Position numbers and translations under genes: made by a program
The notes under the pieces: generated by a model
What the model was told of the DNA's origin: nothing
Database searches by the model: none
What the model saw: only the letters and a program-made list of their open reading frames with translations
NCBI GenBank assembly: GCA_041667185.1
Contig: JBAYFM010000005.1
Coordinates: 9,285 to 73,284, forward strand
DNA: 64,000 nucleotides
Source of the DNA: Patescibacteria group bacterium
GTDB lineage: Bacteria > Patescibacteriota > Patescibacteriia > SG8-24
Direction of reading: 5' to 3'
Shown here: one piece after another, positions 1 to 10,049 of the stretch
Layout: every line of letters begins with the position of its first letter
Position numbering within the stretch: position 1 is the stretch's first letter

Positions 1-641
1 ACACTCTCCACGACCGCGTGGATGTCGAAAAGACGAACTGGTACATCACCTTCGACGAACCCGAACGGAAGAACTTCTTCCCGGCCAAGGTCGTCGGCGT
101 AGGCTTTCAGCATCGCGGCGATGACTTCTCGGTCTTCGAGGTAACCCTCGACGATGTGATCCCGGTCATCGGACTCGCCGAACATGATCCGGTCCTGGGC
201 GAGGACGTCAGTAACTTCGCCTCGCCGCTCGGTCTAGGCAAGCAGCTGTTCCGCGGTCACATCAGCATGGAAGCGCTCGATCGCCCGATCATCGACGGCG
301 ACATCAACTGGAAAGGCGCAACGCTCCTGCAGATGAGCTCCGGACCCGGTTCCTCGGGATCGTCCATCGTCAGCCGCCACCAAAAAGGCATCGTTGCCTT
401 CCTCGTCGGCGTGATCGCTGTCAGCAACTCGCCTAACATCGTGTCCATCCCGGTAAGCAAGTTCAAAAAGTTCTGGACCGAAGTCCAAGCTGGTACCTAC
501 AAGTGGTATAAGCAGGACGATGCCGCCGCAGCCGCCGGAACTTCGAAGTCGAAGGTCGACAAGCTCTGGAAACGCATCCATGTCGACGGTATCATCTACA
601 CCATCGGCAACGACGAACTCGATGAATCTTCCCAACCCTGA
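1..641 (+). CDS. Trypsin-like (S1) serine protease, probably 5'-truncated by the window edge
   Basis: ORF 18..641 is open back to the window start. Contains GPGSSGS (catalytic Ser motif), an upstream GDDFSVF Asp motif and an ASPLGLG segment typical of trypsin-like peptidases. Confidence 0.65.
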   Translation, partial: TLHDRVDVEKTNWYITFDEPERKNFFPAKVVGVGFQHRGDDFSVFEVTLDDVIPVIGLAEHDPVLGEDVSNFASPLGLGKQLFRGHISMEALDRPIIDGDINWKGATLLQMSSGPGSSGSSIVSRHQKGIVAFLVGVIAVSNSPNIVSIPVSKFKKFWTEVQAGTYKWYKQDDAAAAAGTSKSKVDKLWKRIHVDGIIYTIGNDELDESSQP

Positions 642-676
642 TCGGAGCCAGCTACCAAGCCGCCCCGCCACAGCCG

Positions 677-706
677 CCCCTCGCGCACCAGCGAGGGGAT
701 TTTTTT
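677..706 (+). terminator. Intrinsic terminator after the protease gene
   Basis: CCCCTCGC-gcacca-GCGAGGGG followed by ATTTTTTT. Confidence 0.75.
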
Positions 707-735
707 ATCCCGACCAAACGCCCGCGCCGACGATC

Positions 736-761
736 AAAAAACCGGTCCCGCGCGGGACCGG
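736..761 (-). terminator. Intrinsic terminator after the pilin gene
   Basis: CCGGTCCCG-cg-CGGGACCGG hairpin preceded by A6 on + (U-tract on -). Confidence 0.7.
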
Positions 762-785
762 CGCCATCATTCATCAGGATCGCGT

Positions 786-1319
786 TCACCTGATCGGCAG
801 AAAAATATCGTCGCAATCGTAACCGTTCAAAGCGCCACCATTCGGCCCGAATGACAACACTGCGACTGTCTGCGGCTGGACGGTCTTGGTCGCACAATTA
901 TCATAAGGCACGTAATCCGGATCGAACCAATAATCGTGGCTCCAGGGATCCTGCGCGATGTTCAAATACGGACCCGTCCAATTTTGGACATCCTTGGCGC
1001 TCCAAAAACAACCATTGCCCTGATCGCCGACCACCGGACTCGCGAGAAGACCGGCTTGGACGCCGGTGATCAGAACTTCGGGATTAGCGACCTGATTCGG
1101 CCGACAACCGTTGGGCCATTTGCCGGTATCGGATTCGAGCAGCGTGATCGCCGTCCGGATCTGTTTCAGATCCCCCAGCGCCTTGTTGTGCTGTGCCAAA
1201 GCGCGCGCCCGGACCGTACTTATGACAGCCAGAGTCGACAAAACACCGATGATGCTGATGACCACCAAAAGTTCAATGAGAGTGAAAGCTTTTCTGCTGG
1301 ATCTGAAATATCTGGACAT
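786..1319 (-). CDS. Type II secretion GspG-like / type IV pilin
   Basis: Class III signal KAFTLIELLVVISIIGVL; WTGPYL...DPW motif typical of GspG pseudopilins. Confidence 0.85.
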   Translation of the reverse strand: MSRYFRSSRKAFTLIELLVVISIIGVLSTLAVISTVRARALAQHNKALGDLKQIRTAITLLESDTGKWPNGCRPNQVANPEVLITGVQAGLLASPVVGDQGNGCFWSAKDVQNWTGPYLNIAQDPWSHDYWFDPDYVPYDNCATKTVQPQTVAVLSFGPNGGALNGYDCDDIFLPIR

Positions 1320-1346
1320 ACGCCGCCATTCCCGGCCGACGCCGTC

Positions 1347-1742
1347 CTATTTCACCCCGTGGCCGAACTCCTCGTCTTCTTCATCAGCGTCAGCATCGGC
1401 CTTGGTCTTATGGGTGCGGCCGTCAATATGATTCGGCGGAGCGTAAAGCGTATAGACCTTGAGCGGCTCCGTGCCGGTGTTCACGAAATTATGCTCCGTG
1501 CCGGGAGTCACGATGACGACATCGCCAGGAGCGATCGGCGACCGCTGGCCGTTCAGGATTGTTTCGCCATGACCTGACAGGAAGAACAGTGTCTGCTCGA
1601 CGTTCGGATGCGTTTCCTTGCCGATCTCGCCGCCTGGCGGAATAGCCATGACCACAAGCTGACTCTTCTGGCCGGTGAACAAGACCTGACGGAACAGGTC
1701 GTTCGCTTTCGTCAGATTGATGATATTTCCGATGTAACTCAT
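1347..1742 (-). CDS. Cupin domain protein
   Basis: ETHPNVEQTLFFLSG and PGTEHNFVNTG cupin motifs. Confidence 0.9.
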   Translation of the reverse strand: MSYIGNIINLTKANDLFRQVLFTGQKSQLVVMAIPPGGEIGKETHPNVEQTLFFLSGHGETILNGQRSPIAPGDVVIVTPGTEHNFVNTGTEPLKVYTLYAPPNHIDGRTHKTKADADADEEDEEFGHGVK

Positions 1743-1873
1743 ATGAGATTGATGAATACTTACCGCGCAAGTATATCATACCGTATCTCAAAAAACATCG
1801 CCGCTTCCAACCGCGATCCGGAATGAAAGATAAAAAAACCGCCAAGCTCAGCTTGGCGGCTGGGGGAGGACGG

Positions 1874-3076
1874 TCAGTGAAGGTCGAAATCCACGACGAC
1901 GCCGTAATGATCGGACATGTTAGTCTGAACCTGTTGGCTCGTCCAATCCAGGATACTGACCGTCTGATCAAAGACACGGAAAGCCTGCAGCGGTTCGAGG
2001 CCGCCTCCTTTCGGCGGATTGCGAACCAGCGCGTGATCGATCAGGATGTTGCTTTTGGAGACGTTCAGATAATTGCTGTCGCAGCAGCTGCAGAACGCCG
2101 GTTCGGCGTATTCCACCGGACTGACGAAACCGAGATCTGCGGTCAGTTTCCATGACGACCACATGAGCGCGGCATTGACCGGATCATTGCGCTGGCCGAA
2201 ATTCATGTCGCCGATGAGGAGCTCTGGGCGCCCCTCTGAACGGAACTTCAGCTTCTCGGAGATCAGCTCGATCTGCGCGCGCTGCTCGTCGCTCCAATCG
2301 CTGAAGGCCGGATGGGTCGGCGAGACGTCATTCCTGGACGACAGATGCGTGCAGGCCACTTCGACGGAGCCATGGCCGGGAACTTCGACCCTGGCCATGA
2401 GAGCGACGCGATTGGCGCCGCTCGATGGCAGATGTTCGACGCCCTTATCGATGAGCGGCCAACGCGAGGCCAAAATGATGCCATTGCGCCCGCCGTAGGT
2501 CCTGGAAGCGCCGGCGCCCGCGCCAGTGCAAGTCTCGACGACCTCGGAAGCGCTTTTGCCGGCGCAGGCCGTGAGACAATTCAGGCAAGACCGCGAGTGC
2601 AGGTAGAGCTGGATGCCGCTCGCCAGACATTTTCTGGCGGCGCAGGCCGTGAACTCTTCCGCTGGTTCGCTGCCGCAATTCTTCTGGGCGCAAGCCAATA
2701 TATCGTCGATCTCGCCGTCCGCGCAGCGATCCTTGCCGGTCTCGCCTTCGCCCTCGGTCTCGACGTAATAGACATTCTCCGGCGGCAAAGCAAGCGCGGC
2801 GACGATCGCGTCCCGGGCCTCTTTGGTCCAGACCTCTTGCAGGCAGACGAGGTCGAAATCCGAGTACGCCACGGCTTCGGCCACAAGCGCGATGCGTTGC
2901 GTGGCGAACGGCACGATCCCCGGCGCCAGGCCGGCGTTGAATGTCAGAGTCCTGAACAACGGTCTTTCCAGACTGGAAGCCATGGCCGGGATCGGCCGCA
3001 TGAGCTCCATTCTGGAAGCGGCGCAAGCCGAACAGACCACGACTGAAACAACGGACAGGGGGAGCAAAGATCTCAT
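1874..3076 (-). CDS. Endonuclease/exonuclease/phosphatase (EEP) family lipoprotein with Cys-rich insertion
   Basis: TFNAG, CLQEVW, CTHL, GDMN, IDH and SDHYGV motifs; N-terminal signal with a lipobox-like CSAC. Confidence 0.85.
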   Translation of the reverse strand: MRSLLPLSVVSVVVCSACAASRMELMRPIPAMASSLERPLFRTLTFNAGLAPGIVPFATQRIALVAEAVAYSDFDLVCLQEVWTKEARDAIVAALALPPENVYYVETEGEGETGKDRCADGEIDDILACAQKNCGSEPAEEFTACAARKCLASGIQLYLHSRSCLNCLTACAGKSASEVVETCTGAGAGASRTYGGRNGIILASRWPLIDKGVEHLPSSGANRVALMARVEVPGHGSVEVACTHLSSRNDVSPTHPAFSDWSDEQRAQIELISEKLKFRSEGRPELLIGDMNFGQRNDPVNAALMWSSWKLTADLGFVSPVEYAEPAFCSCCDSNYLNVSKSNILIDHALVRNPPKGGGLEPLQAFRVFDQTVSILDWTSQQVQTNMSDHYGVVVDFDLH

Positions 3077-3236
3077 AGCGCCACCTCCGGTGACAAACTG
3101 GCCTGCCTTTTATTTCCAATGAAAAGAACAACAGGACACCATAGACCCCGGCGAATATAAGGTCAAGGCAGGTGCTTGTTTATGACGATATTTTATCTAG
3201 AATAAGCAAAATCAGCCGCCAAAATTACTTTTTTGC

Positions 3237-4178
3237 TCACTGGATGATCCGATACTCGTCCGGCTGCAAAGACAACGCCTGCGCGATCTGCGGAATATGC
3301 TCCGCGAGGCCTCTGCCCATAAAGACCAGTTTCGTCGGGCCGGAATATCTTTCCAGCTGCGCGAAATCGCAGCGGCCGAAGACGCAATTCGCGAGTTCGA
3401 TCCCCGCCGGCGTGCGCACCAGGCCTTTGATGCGATAAAAATATTCCGGCGGCAGGCCCTTGAACAACGCTTCGACAGCCGCGCGTTCATAACTCCGATC
3501 GGTCACGATCTGAAAAACTTCGACCTCGCGTTCGTGGTGTTCCGGATCGCGCCCCCGCTCGGCGAGCGCGACCTCTTCGGCTTTGGCGAACAGCCGCGAA
3601 TCGATGCCGAAGATGACGTCTGGACTCACCCGCCCGTGGTTGGTCTTGATCTTCGGCGTGGTCAGATTCAGCTCGTAAACGTCGTCGAGCGCGGTCTCGA
3701 GCTGGCGCTCGGTCAGAAGTTCGTGCTTGTTCACGAGGATCAGGTCCGTATACTGGGCCTGGATCTTCGCAGTGAAACTCTTATCGCGGTAGCCGGTGAA
3801 ATTCAGCACGTCGATCACGGTCACGATGCCATCGAGTTTCAAGGTCTGCGGATGACGATGGATCTCGACGGCGATCGGCGCCGGATAAGCCGAGCCGGAG
3901 GTCTCGACGATGATCCGGTCCGGATCGTATTTGGCGACGATCTCCTCGAGCGCCTCGCCGAGCCGGCCGACGAGCACACAGCACAAACAGCCGTTCAGGA
4001 TCTGCTGGACCTCGATATTGCTTTCCTTGGCGAGCTGGGAATCGACGTCCAGGTCGCCGAACTCGTTCTTCAGCCAGACGCAACGATAGGACGCCGGCAG
4101 CTGCTTGATCAGATTCAGGATGATGGTCGTCTTGCCGCTTCCTAGGTAGCCGGTGAAGACGGTGATGGGCGTGGGCAT
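3237..4178 (-). CDS. CobW/COG0523 family GTPase (metallochaperone)
   Basis: GYLGSGKT, NEFG, GCLCC, ETSG and NK motifs; C-terminal YRIKG domain. Confidence 0.9.
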   Translation of the reverse strand: MPTPITVFTGYLGSGKTTIILNLIKQLPASYRCVWLKNEFGDLDVDSQLAKESNIEVQQILNGCLCCVLVGRLGEALEEIVAKYDPDRIIVETSGSAYPAPIAVEIHRHPQTLKLDGIVTVIDVLNFTGYRDKSFTAKIQAQYTDLILVNKHELLTERQLETALDDVYELNLTTPKIKTNHGRVSPDVIFGIDSRLFAKAEEVALAERGRDPEHHEREVEVFQIVTDRSYERAAVEALFKGLPPEYFYRIKGLVRTPAGIELANCVFGRCDFAQLERYSGPTKLVFMGRGLAEHIPQIAQALSLQPDEYRIIQ

Positions 4179-4202
4179 AATTCAGTGTTGACGGCTGCTC
4201 GA

Positions 4203-4664
4203 CTATTTATCCTCCGGTGCGGCGACGAGCAGCCAGCGAACATTCCGGCGGCGATGCCGACCATACCAGCGGCTGGTGAAATCTTTCATTCCGAGACGGT
4301 AACCGGAGCCGAGATCCGGATCATTCAGGATCAGTTTGCCATTCTCCAAGCCGATCACCACCGCGTAGTGACTGATCCCCTCTTCCGGCTCGCGATAATT
4401 GACGATTGCCGGTCGGCCGGCGGCCAGAGAGCGGCGCAGATCAGAAACATTGGCATTGCAGGCGGTCCGAACCCGAAGTCCGAAACTTCGGAGTCCGCGT
4501 GCCAGATCCGGACGCCGCGTGCCTGACCGGGAATTCGTATTCAACAGGACGCGAAGCCGCCGCTCGGAAACTCGCTGGCCCCAGAAACTCAAAATCATCC
4601 TCGCAGCCGCGGGGCCGCAGGTGAAGTCCGTGCTTTGGCGATGATACGGCACCTTCAGTTTCAT
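4203..4664 (-). CDS. C39-like cysteine peptidase
   Basis: QSTDFTCGPAA, HYAVV and NDP catalytic Cys/His/Asp pattern. Confidence 0.85.
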   Translation of the reverse strand: MKLKVPYHRQSTDFTCGPAAARMILSFWGQRVSERRLRVLLNTNSRSGTRRPDLARGLRSFGLRVRTACNANVSDLRRSLAAGRPAIVNYREPEEGISHYAVVIGLENGKLILNDPDLGSGYRLGMKDFTSRWYGRHRRRNVRWLLVAAPEDK

Positions 4665-4692
4665 ATGTATATTATATCATCTGTGGACGGGT

Positions 4693-4878
4693 GGAGTTAG
4701 GGAGAGGTGGAGAGTGCTGAAGTGCGGGAGTGCTGGAGTTTTTATCGGGTCTCCCGCACTCCCCCACTCCTGCACTCTCCCGTTCGTTGAATCGGGGAGA
4801 GACGAAGAGGCGGAGTCAGATAAGCACTCTGACTCCGTCTCTCCCTGACTCCGTCTCTCCCACACTCCCTCACCCCCT
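4693..4878. repeat. Octamer-built (GGAGTGCT/GGAGAGAC-like) fold-back repeat, copy 1
   Basis: Tandem degenerate 8-mers in inverted arrangement around the core GGAGTTTTTATCGGGTCTCCC; contains CTCTCCCGTTC. Confidence 0.85.
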
Positions 4879-4881
4879 CAC

Positions 4882-5628
4882 CTACGCCACCCTCGTCAGC
4901 GGCCCGAAATGATGAACGACATCCTTGCGTTCGACGACGATCTCCCAGCCCCGCCGCCGCGCGTGGCGGTAGAGCACCATGTTCGGATTGAAACAGATCG
5001 GCTGCTCCACGAGCTGCAGGAACCGGATGTCGGATTGCGTGTCGCCCACCCCGATCGATCCCTTGAGCGTCAGATCGTTCCGGGCGATGGCGCGGCGCAG
5101 GATGACCGCCTTGTCCGAGATCATGTCCAGGAACAGCGTCGTGCCGGTGAACCGGTTGTTCTTATCCACTTCGTAGATGCGGCCATAGACCTTGTCGAAG
5201 CCGAGCTTGGCGCAGAACGGTTTCAGCACCTCGCGCGGCGAATTGGAGATGGCCAGCAGGAAATAGCCTTTCTTCTTCAGGTCGCGCACGAGGTCGCGGG
5301 TATAGCGGTAGACGCGGTCCTTGTGGAAATCAACCACGCGCTCGGCGACGCGCATGAACACATCGCTGTCCACGCCTTTGATATGACCCTCGAAAGCCTT
5401 GATGACCCCGCCGATGTAATCATCGTAGTGCCCGGTGCGGTCGAGCCAGCGCTGGTAGGGCTTTTCATACATCTTGCGCAGCTTCTTCTTGAAGATGCCG
5501 GCGTGGATCAAAGCCTCGGTGATCTCGATGAGCAGGCTCGATCTGAAGATCGTACCGTCGATGTCGAAGATCGCCACTTTGCGCTGGCCGGAGGCTTTTT
5601 TCGGCTTAACGATGGTCTTTTTAGCCAT
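4882..5628 (-). CDS. HAD-IB family hydrolase (phosphoserine phosphatase-like)
   Basis: FDIDGT motif I, ISNS motif II, GDTQSD motif IV. Confidence 0.9.
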   Translation of the reverse strand: MAKKTIVKPKKASGQRKVAIFDIDGTIFRSSLLIEITEALIHAGIFKKKLRKMYEKPYQRWLDRTGHYDDYIGGVIKAFEGHIKGVDSDVFMRVAERVVDFHKDRVYRYTRDLVRDLKKKGYFLLAISNSPREVLKPFCAKLGFDKVYGRIYEVDKNNRFTGTTLFLDMISDKAVILRRAIARNDLTLKGSIGVGDTQSDIRFLQLVEQPICFNPNMVLYRHARRRGWEIVVERKDVVHHFGPLTRVA

Positions 5629-5777
5629 AAGTCGCTGGTCTTAGATTAACTTATCTTCATTATGTCGGTTCTCCCGGCCTGACGCAACCCGGACCGCGGA
5701 CAGCCTTGATTTATCGCCCCGGCCATGGCAGGCTGGGACCAGTTCATTTCTGAGCCCTTTCCCAAAGGAGAAACCTG

Positions 5778-6416
5778 ATGACGTTCAAACGTTGGTTCCT
5801 GTTTCTGATAGCCGCGGCATTCCTCTGCTTCTACGGAATATTGGCAGTCGTCGGCCTGCAGATGAAACAGCTCGAAAAAAATCTGGATGCCATCAGTAAG
5901 CAGATCGACCTGCTCGATAGTTCGATCTCCGCCGGCATGAGCGATCTCGACAGCCTGAACGGCTTCACCCTGAACCGCAATCAGCTCGATCTGATCGAGG
6001 GCTTGTCCCCAGCCGAGATCACCGGTTCCAGCTCGAATCATATCGTGCTGCCGGTCGACCAGCGGCTCATGAACGTCGTCTGGCTCTGCGAAGACCAGAA
6101 ACCTTGCGAGCCCTGGTTCCTGCTTCGCACCATGCAACTCAACGCCGTGGCCAAAAATTACCTGGTCTGGTCGCCGGACCTCGGAGTCAAGTACTTCATC
6201 TCCGAGAATCGCGACTCCGGTTACTGGCGCACCGAGAATATAGGCGTCCACCGATTGCCCATAGAACAACGTCTGGTCAGCGTGAGCTGGATCTGTCCGC
6301 CGGACGCGCCCTGCGAACTGTACCCGGTCACGCGCCACATGGAGCGCGGCGAACAGGCTCGTGGCTACACTTTCACTGACGGACATCGCGCTTTCTATAT
6401 CTGGGAAACCGAATGA
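5778..6416 (+). CDS. Hypothetical membrane-anchored protein
   Basis: SD AAGGAG, N-terminal TM segment followed by a coiled coil, and a downstream terminator. Confidence 0.7.
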   Translation: MTFKRWFLFLIAAAFLCFYGILAVVGLQMKQLEKNLDAISKQIDLLDSSISAGMSDLDSLNGFTLNRNQLDLIEGLSPAEITGSSSNHIVLPVDQRLMNVVWLCEDQKPCEPWFLLRTMQLNAVAKNYLVWSPDLGVKYFISENRDSGYWRTENIGVHRLPIEQRLVSVSWICPPDAPCELYPVTRHMERGEQARGYTFTDGHRAFYIWETE

Positions 6417-6434
6417 CCAAAACGTCTCATAACT

Positions 6435-6467
6435 AAAGCCGGCCCCTGCTCGGGGACCGGCTTTTTT
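6435..6467. terminator. Bidirectional intrinsic terminator
   Basis: AAAGCCGGCCCC-tgctc-GGGGACCGGCTTTTTT between convergent genes. Confidence 0.7.
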
Positions 6468-6491
6468 ATTTACTCGCTGAAACCACGGCCT

Positions 6492-7271
6492 CTACGGCGT
6501 CACCGGCTGCGGCTCCGCGGCGGTTCCGAGTACAGCCTTGAGATCGGCACGCGCTTTCTCCACAGCAGTCTTCCAATCGGTCATAGCCTTCTCGACCGCG
6601 GCGCGGCGGGTCTCGTTCAGCTTGACGACGTCCGGTCCGACCTTAGCGGCAGCCTGAACAGCCATCCGCATGTCGGCGCGAGCCTGCTCGACCGCGGCGC
6701 GCAACGTCTCGCGGACCAGCGTCTGGTCGGCCGAGGTCGAGCCACAACTCGCCTTGGCCGCGTCCTCGGCAGCCTTCATATCGCTCTGGAATTTTTTGAC
6801 CGCGGCGTCAATAGCGGTCTTGCGAGCGGCCTTGGCCGCGTCGATCCCCTGGCGAAAAGCCGTATTGGCGGCATCGACGGCGGCGCGCCTAACTTCGCCG
6901 GCGGTCCGGATCGCCGACTGAAACGCCATGATCGCCGTCTTTTGGGCGTCGCCGACGAACTTAACCTGCAGCCGCGCCGCGACCTCGACGCTCTTGGCAT
7001 CCTGTCCCGCGCGCAATTCCATGAGCTGTGCATCGCGTTCGCCGCGGCGCGTGGTCATTTGCTTGTCGACCTCGGCGCGTTTGGCGCCGAGACGCAAGGC
7101 ACGTTCGGCAATCTTGGCCGCGAACCGTTCACTGGCCAAGCGGGAATTCAAAGCCGTACAAAAATTACGCTGTCCGGACGCTGTGGGTGCCGGCTGCTGC
7201 GCCAGGACCGCGAGCGGCAGAATCACGCCGATAGTCAAACCGGCCGCGATCAAAAATTTATTTGACCTCAT
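6492..7271 (-). CDS. Secreted Ala-rich helical hypothetical protein
   Basis: Probable start MRSNKF at 7271, followed by a signal peptide (AVLA-Q) and long Ala/Lys/Arg helices. Confidence 0.7.
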   Translation of the reverse strand: MRSNKFLIAAGLTIGVILPLAVLAQQPAPTASGQRNFCTALNSRLASERFAAKIAERALRLGAKRAEVDKQMTTRRGERDAQLMELRAGQDAKSVEVAARLQVKFVGDAQKTAIMAFQSAIRTAGEVRRAAVDAANTAFRQGIDAAKAARKTAIDAAVKKFQSDMKAAEDAAKASCGSTSADQTLVRETLRAAVEQARADMRMAVQAAAKVGPDVVKLNETRRAAVEKAMTDWKTAVEKARADLKAVLGTAAEPQPVTP

Positions 7272-7536
7272 AGACGGATTCGCTGAAAGCCTGGACCTCG
7301 CCGTCCGCGGCATTTAATTGATTCATCTCGCCCGCCTCGCCCTCCAGGACTCCGGCCTCGCCGTCGGCGTCGTTGAGGATGGCATCGACATTGCTGTCCA
7401 CCGGATCGATCTTCGCCTCCTGTTGGATCGCCGGCAGCGTCGTGGTCGATTCCGGCGGAGTCGTCTTTGATTCGCAACCGGCTCCCACCGCGATGAGTCC
7501 GGCCAGAGTCGCCGTAATTAGCAGTTTATTCCTCAT
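7258..7536 (-). CDS. Small lipoprotein, hypothetical
   Basis: MRNKLL...VGAGC lipobox and an acidic C-terminus; overlaps the start of the next gene. Confidence 0.7.
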   Translation of the reverse strand: MRNKLLITATLAGLIAVGAGCESKTTPPESTTTLPAIQQEAKIDPVDSNVDAILNDADGEAGVLEGEAGEMNQLNAADGEVQAFSESVYEVK

Positions 7537-7655
7537 AAACGCCTAACGATTAAGTATTATTTCAAGATGATCATACCACAAAAATATCCGCCTTGGACAT
7601 CCGGCGCCGGGCGGCTATAATGACTCGACCTGTTCCGATCCGTCACCTGAACACC

Positions 7656-8336
7656 ATGCCGATCAGACATTTAGGGATCATCCTCGACGGTAATCGCCGC
7701 TGGGCGAAAGCCCAAGGACTGCCGACGCTTGAAGGCCACCGCCGCGGCTACGAGAACCTGAAGACCATCGGTCTGGCGGCCCTCGACCGCGGCATCGAGC
7801 ATTTCTCAGTCTTCGTCTTTTCGACGGAGAACTGGCAGCGTTCCGCCGAAGAGGTCGGCTATCTCATGGACCTGCTGCTCCGGGCACTCACGAGCGAGGT
7901 CGGATTTTTCGTCGAGCACGGGGTGCGTTTGCGGATCATCGGCTCCCGCGACCGCCTGTCAGCGAAAATGATCGAGGCGATCGCCGCCGCGGAAAAAACA
8001 ACCGCCGCCGGACAACGCGGCCAGCTCAACCTCTGTCTGAACTATGGCGGCCGGCTCGAGATCGTCGAAGCCGTGAAAAAACTCATCGCCGACGGGATCG
8101 CGCCCGAAGCCGTCGATGAGGCCGCGATCGCGTCCCGGACCTGGTCGGCCGGCATCCCGGAACCAGATCTCATCATCCGCACCTCGGGCGAACAGCGCTT
8201 GTCCGGTTTCCTGACCTGGTCCGGCGTCTACAGCGAACTGCTTTTCGTAGACAAAAACTGGCCGGATTTTTCCATCGCCGACCTAGAGGACGCGATCGAG
8301 GATTTCAGCGAACGTGAACGGCGCTTCGGACGTTAA
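7656..8336 (+). CDS. uppS: Undecaprenyl diphosphate synthase
   Basis: HLGIILDGNRRWA, FSTENWQR, NYGGR and IRTSGEQRLSGFL. Confidence 0.95.
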   Translation: MPIRHLGIILDGNRRWAKAQGLPTLEGHRRGYENLKTIGLAALDRGIEHFSVFVFSTENWQRSAEEVGYLMDLLLRALTSEVGFFVEHGVRLRIIGSRDRLSAKMIEAIAAAEKTTAAGQRGQLNLCLNYGGRLEIVEAVKKLIADGIAPEAVDEAAIASRTWSAGIPEPDLIIRTSGEQRLSGFLTWSGVYSELLFVDKNWPDFSIADLEDAIEDFSERERRFGR

Positions 8337-9154
8337 GCCTGGAGACTGGGCGACGACAGCTGCGGCTCCGGAGCCGGTTTTGGCGTTGCGGCTGCCGGAA
8401 CCGGAGCTGGCCGCAGCGCGCGCCAGTTCAGCCCGGCGGCCAAGAGATTGGCGGCGAGCAATCCGCCGATGAAGATCGTCGCTGGCTGGAACAGGATGGA
8501 CAGGAACGAACCGATCGCTGCGACGGCGGCGAACAGGAGCTGGCCGCGCGGCGCGAGCGGCGAAGTCCGCGGGTCGGTCAGCATGAAGAAGACGAAGAAC
8601 GATGAAATGCTGACATACAGATACAATTCCATCGTGAACGGCTGGCCGCTGAACCAGGATCTGGCGCCGAGCAAGCCGATGAAGACCGCGAGAAACGCCA
8701 GGATCTGGCGCCAGCGTCCGGTGAAGAAAGCCAGCAAGACCGAACCAGCGACGATCGTCAGCAGATGCGACGCGTCGATCCACCAGGAGAGCCTGACGCC
8801 CAGGAACAGGACGCCGCACAGCAATCCGAAAGCCGCCGGGTTGAAAATGTTCCGTCGCTGGATCTTCAGGAGATGTTTGGAGACGATCGCGATCGCCGTC
8901 ATTAGGACGACCGCGAACATGGAACTGCCGGGCGCCGCAACGCCAGCGATGATGAGCCCGGTGATGAGTCCTGATTCGGACAGCGCCAGACGGCGCGTGC
9001 GGCGATAACCGACGGCAGCCTCCAGGACCGCGGCCGTGCTGGCGGCGAGCAGTAGCTGCCACAGAATCGCTTCCGTTCCGAGCCGCCAGACGCTCGAGAC
9101 GGCAAGCAGCAGTATCAGCAGGATAGTGAGTTGTTTGACGTTCAATTTAGGCAT
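8333..9154 (-). CDS. RnfD/NqrB-like membrane protein
   Basis: Polytopic hydrophobic protein with SKH..., NIFNPAAFG and FFMLTDPRTSP motifs of the NqrB/RnfD family. Confidence 0.85.
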   Translation of the reverse strand: MPKLNVKQLTILLILLLAVSSVWRLGTEAILWQLLLAASTAAVLEAAVGYRRTRRLALSESGLITGLIIAGVAAPGSSMFAVVLMTAIAIVSKHLLKIQRRNIFNPAAFGLLCGVLFLGVRLSWWIDASHLLTIVAGSVLLAFFTGRWRQILAFLAVFIGLLGARSWFSGQPFTMELYLYVSISSFFVFFMLTDPRTSPLAPRGQLLFAAVAAIGSFLSILFQPATIFIGGLLAANLLAAGLNWRALRPAPVPAAATPKPAPEPQLSSPSLQA

Positions 9155-10049
9155 AAGCGCGATGATTGATAAGCGCGGCGGCAAGTCTGGGACTGGCCTG
9201 GACCTCGCCGTCCGCGGCGATCGCCAGACAGGCGGCCCCGGCGTGGCTCTCGACGAACTCCGGAACCTCTCCGGGCGGCAGCAGGAAGGCGGCCGTGCTC
9301 AGGATGTCGGCGGCGGCGGCGCTAGGCGCGAAGACCGTGAGGCTGCCGGCGCGGTCGCCATTACGTCCGTCGCGGGCGTCAACCAGGTGTTCCCGGCCGA
9401 CAGCGCGCGCCGCGGCCGCGCGAAAATAATTACCCGACGTACAGACCGCGCCGCTCGCTGTTTTAATGACCGCGGCGATCAGTTCCGGATGCCGCGGATC
9501 GCGGATGCCGATGTCCCAGGCGTCCTGACCGGGCGGCAATCTTTTGACCGCGAGATCGCCGCCGGCTTCGATGATCACCGCCGCGTCGTCGGCGAAGGCC
9601 GCCAGCGCCCGATCAAGCGCTAAGCCTTTGACGATCGCATTCAAGTCGAGCACGGAACGCGGCGGCAAGGTCACGCGGCCGCTGGCGTCATCAATGACGA
9701 TCTGATCGAAAGTCGCGGCTGGCAGATCGCGGCCGACGAACCCCGGAGCCGTGAAACGACCGACGAGCGGATCGAAGCGGCCGCCGGTCTCGGCAGCAAC
9801 AGCCAAAGCGCTTTTGAGAGCCGACATGAATTCTGGCGAAACGGCGGTCGCGAGTCCGGCACAGGCGTTAATGGTCACGATTTCCGAATCCGGCCGAAAC
9901 AGGGAAAAGACCTTCTCCAGCTTTTCGAATTCCGCGAAAGCCGCGGCGGCCGACGCGGTCCAGTCCCGCAATGCCGAACCGGGATGGACCGTCACGGTCA
10001 CCCGGGTGTGCATGTGCGTTTCCTCGAATACCAGCGGCGCGGCAGGCAT
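9147..10049 (-). CDS. apbE: FAD:protein FMN transferase
   Basis: SLFRPDSEI, GRFDPLVG, LDLNAIVKG, EAGGD, TSGNYFR, HLVD and ADILSTA motifs. Confidence 0.9.
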   Translation of the reverse strand: MPAAPLVFEETHMHTRVTVTVHPGSALRDWTASAAAAFAEFEKLEKVFSLFRPDSEIVTINACAGLATAVSPEFMSALKSALAVAAETGGRFDPLVGRFTAPGFVGRDLPAATFDQIVIDDASGRVTLPPRSVLDLNAIVKGLALDRALAAFADDAAVIIEAGGDLAVKRLPPGQDAWDIGIRDPRHPELIAAVIKTASGAVCTSGNYFRAAAARAVGREHLVDARDGRNGDRAGSLTVFAPSAAAADILSTAAFLLPPGEVPEFVESHAGAACLAIAADGEVQASPRLAAALINHRAYA

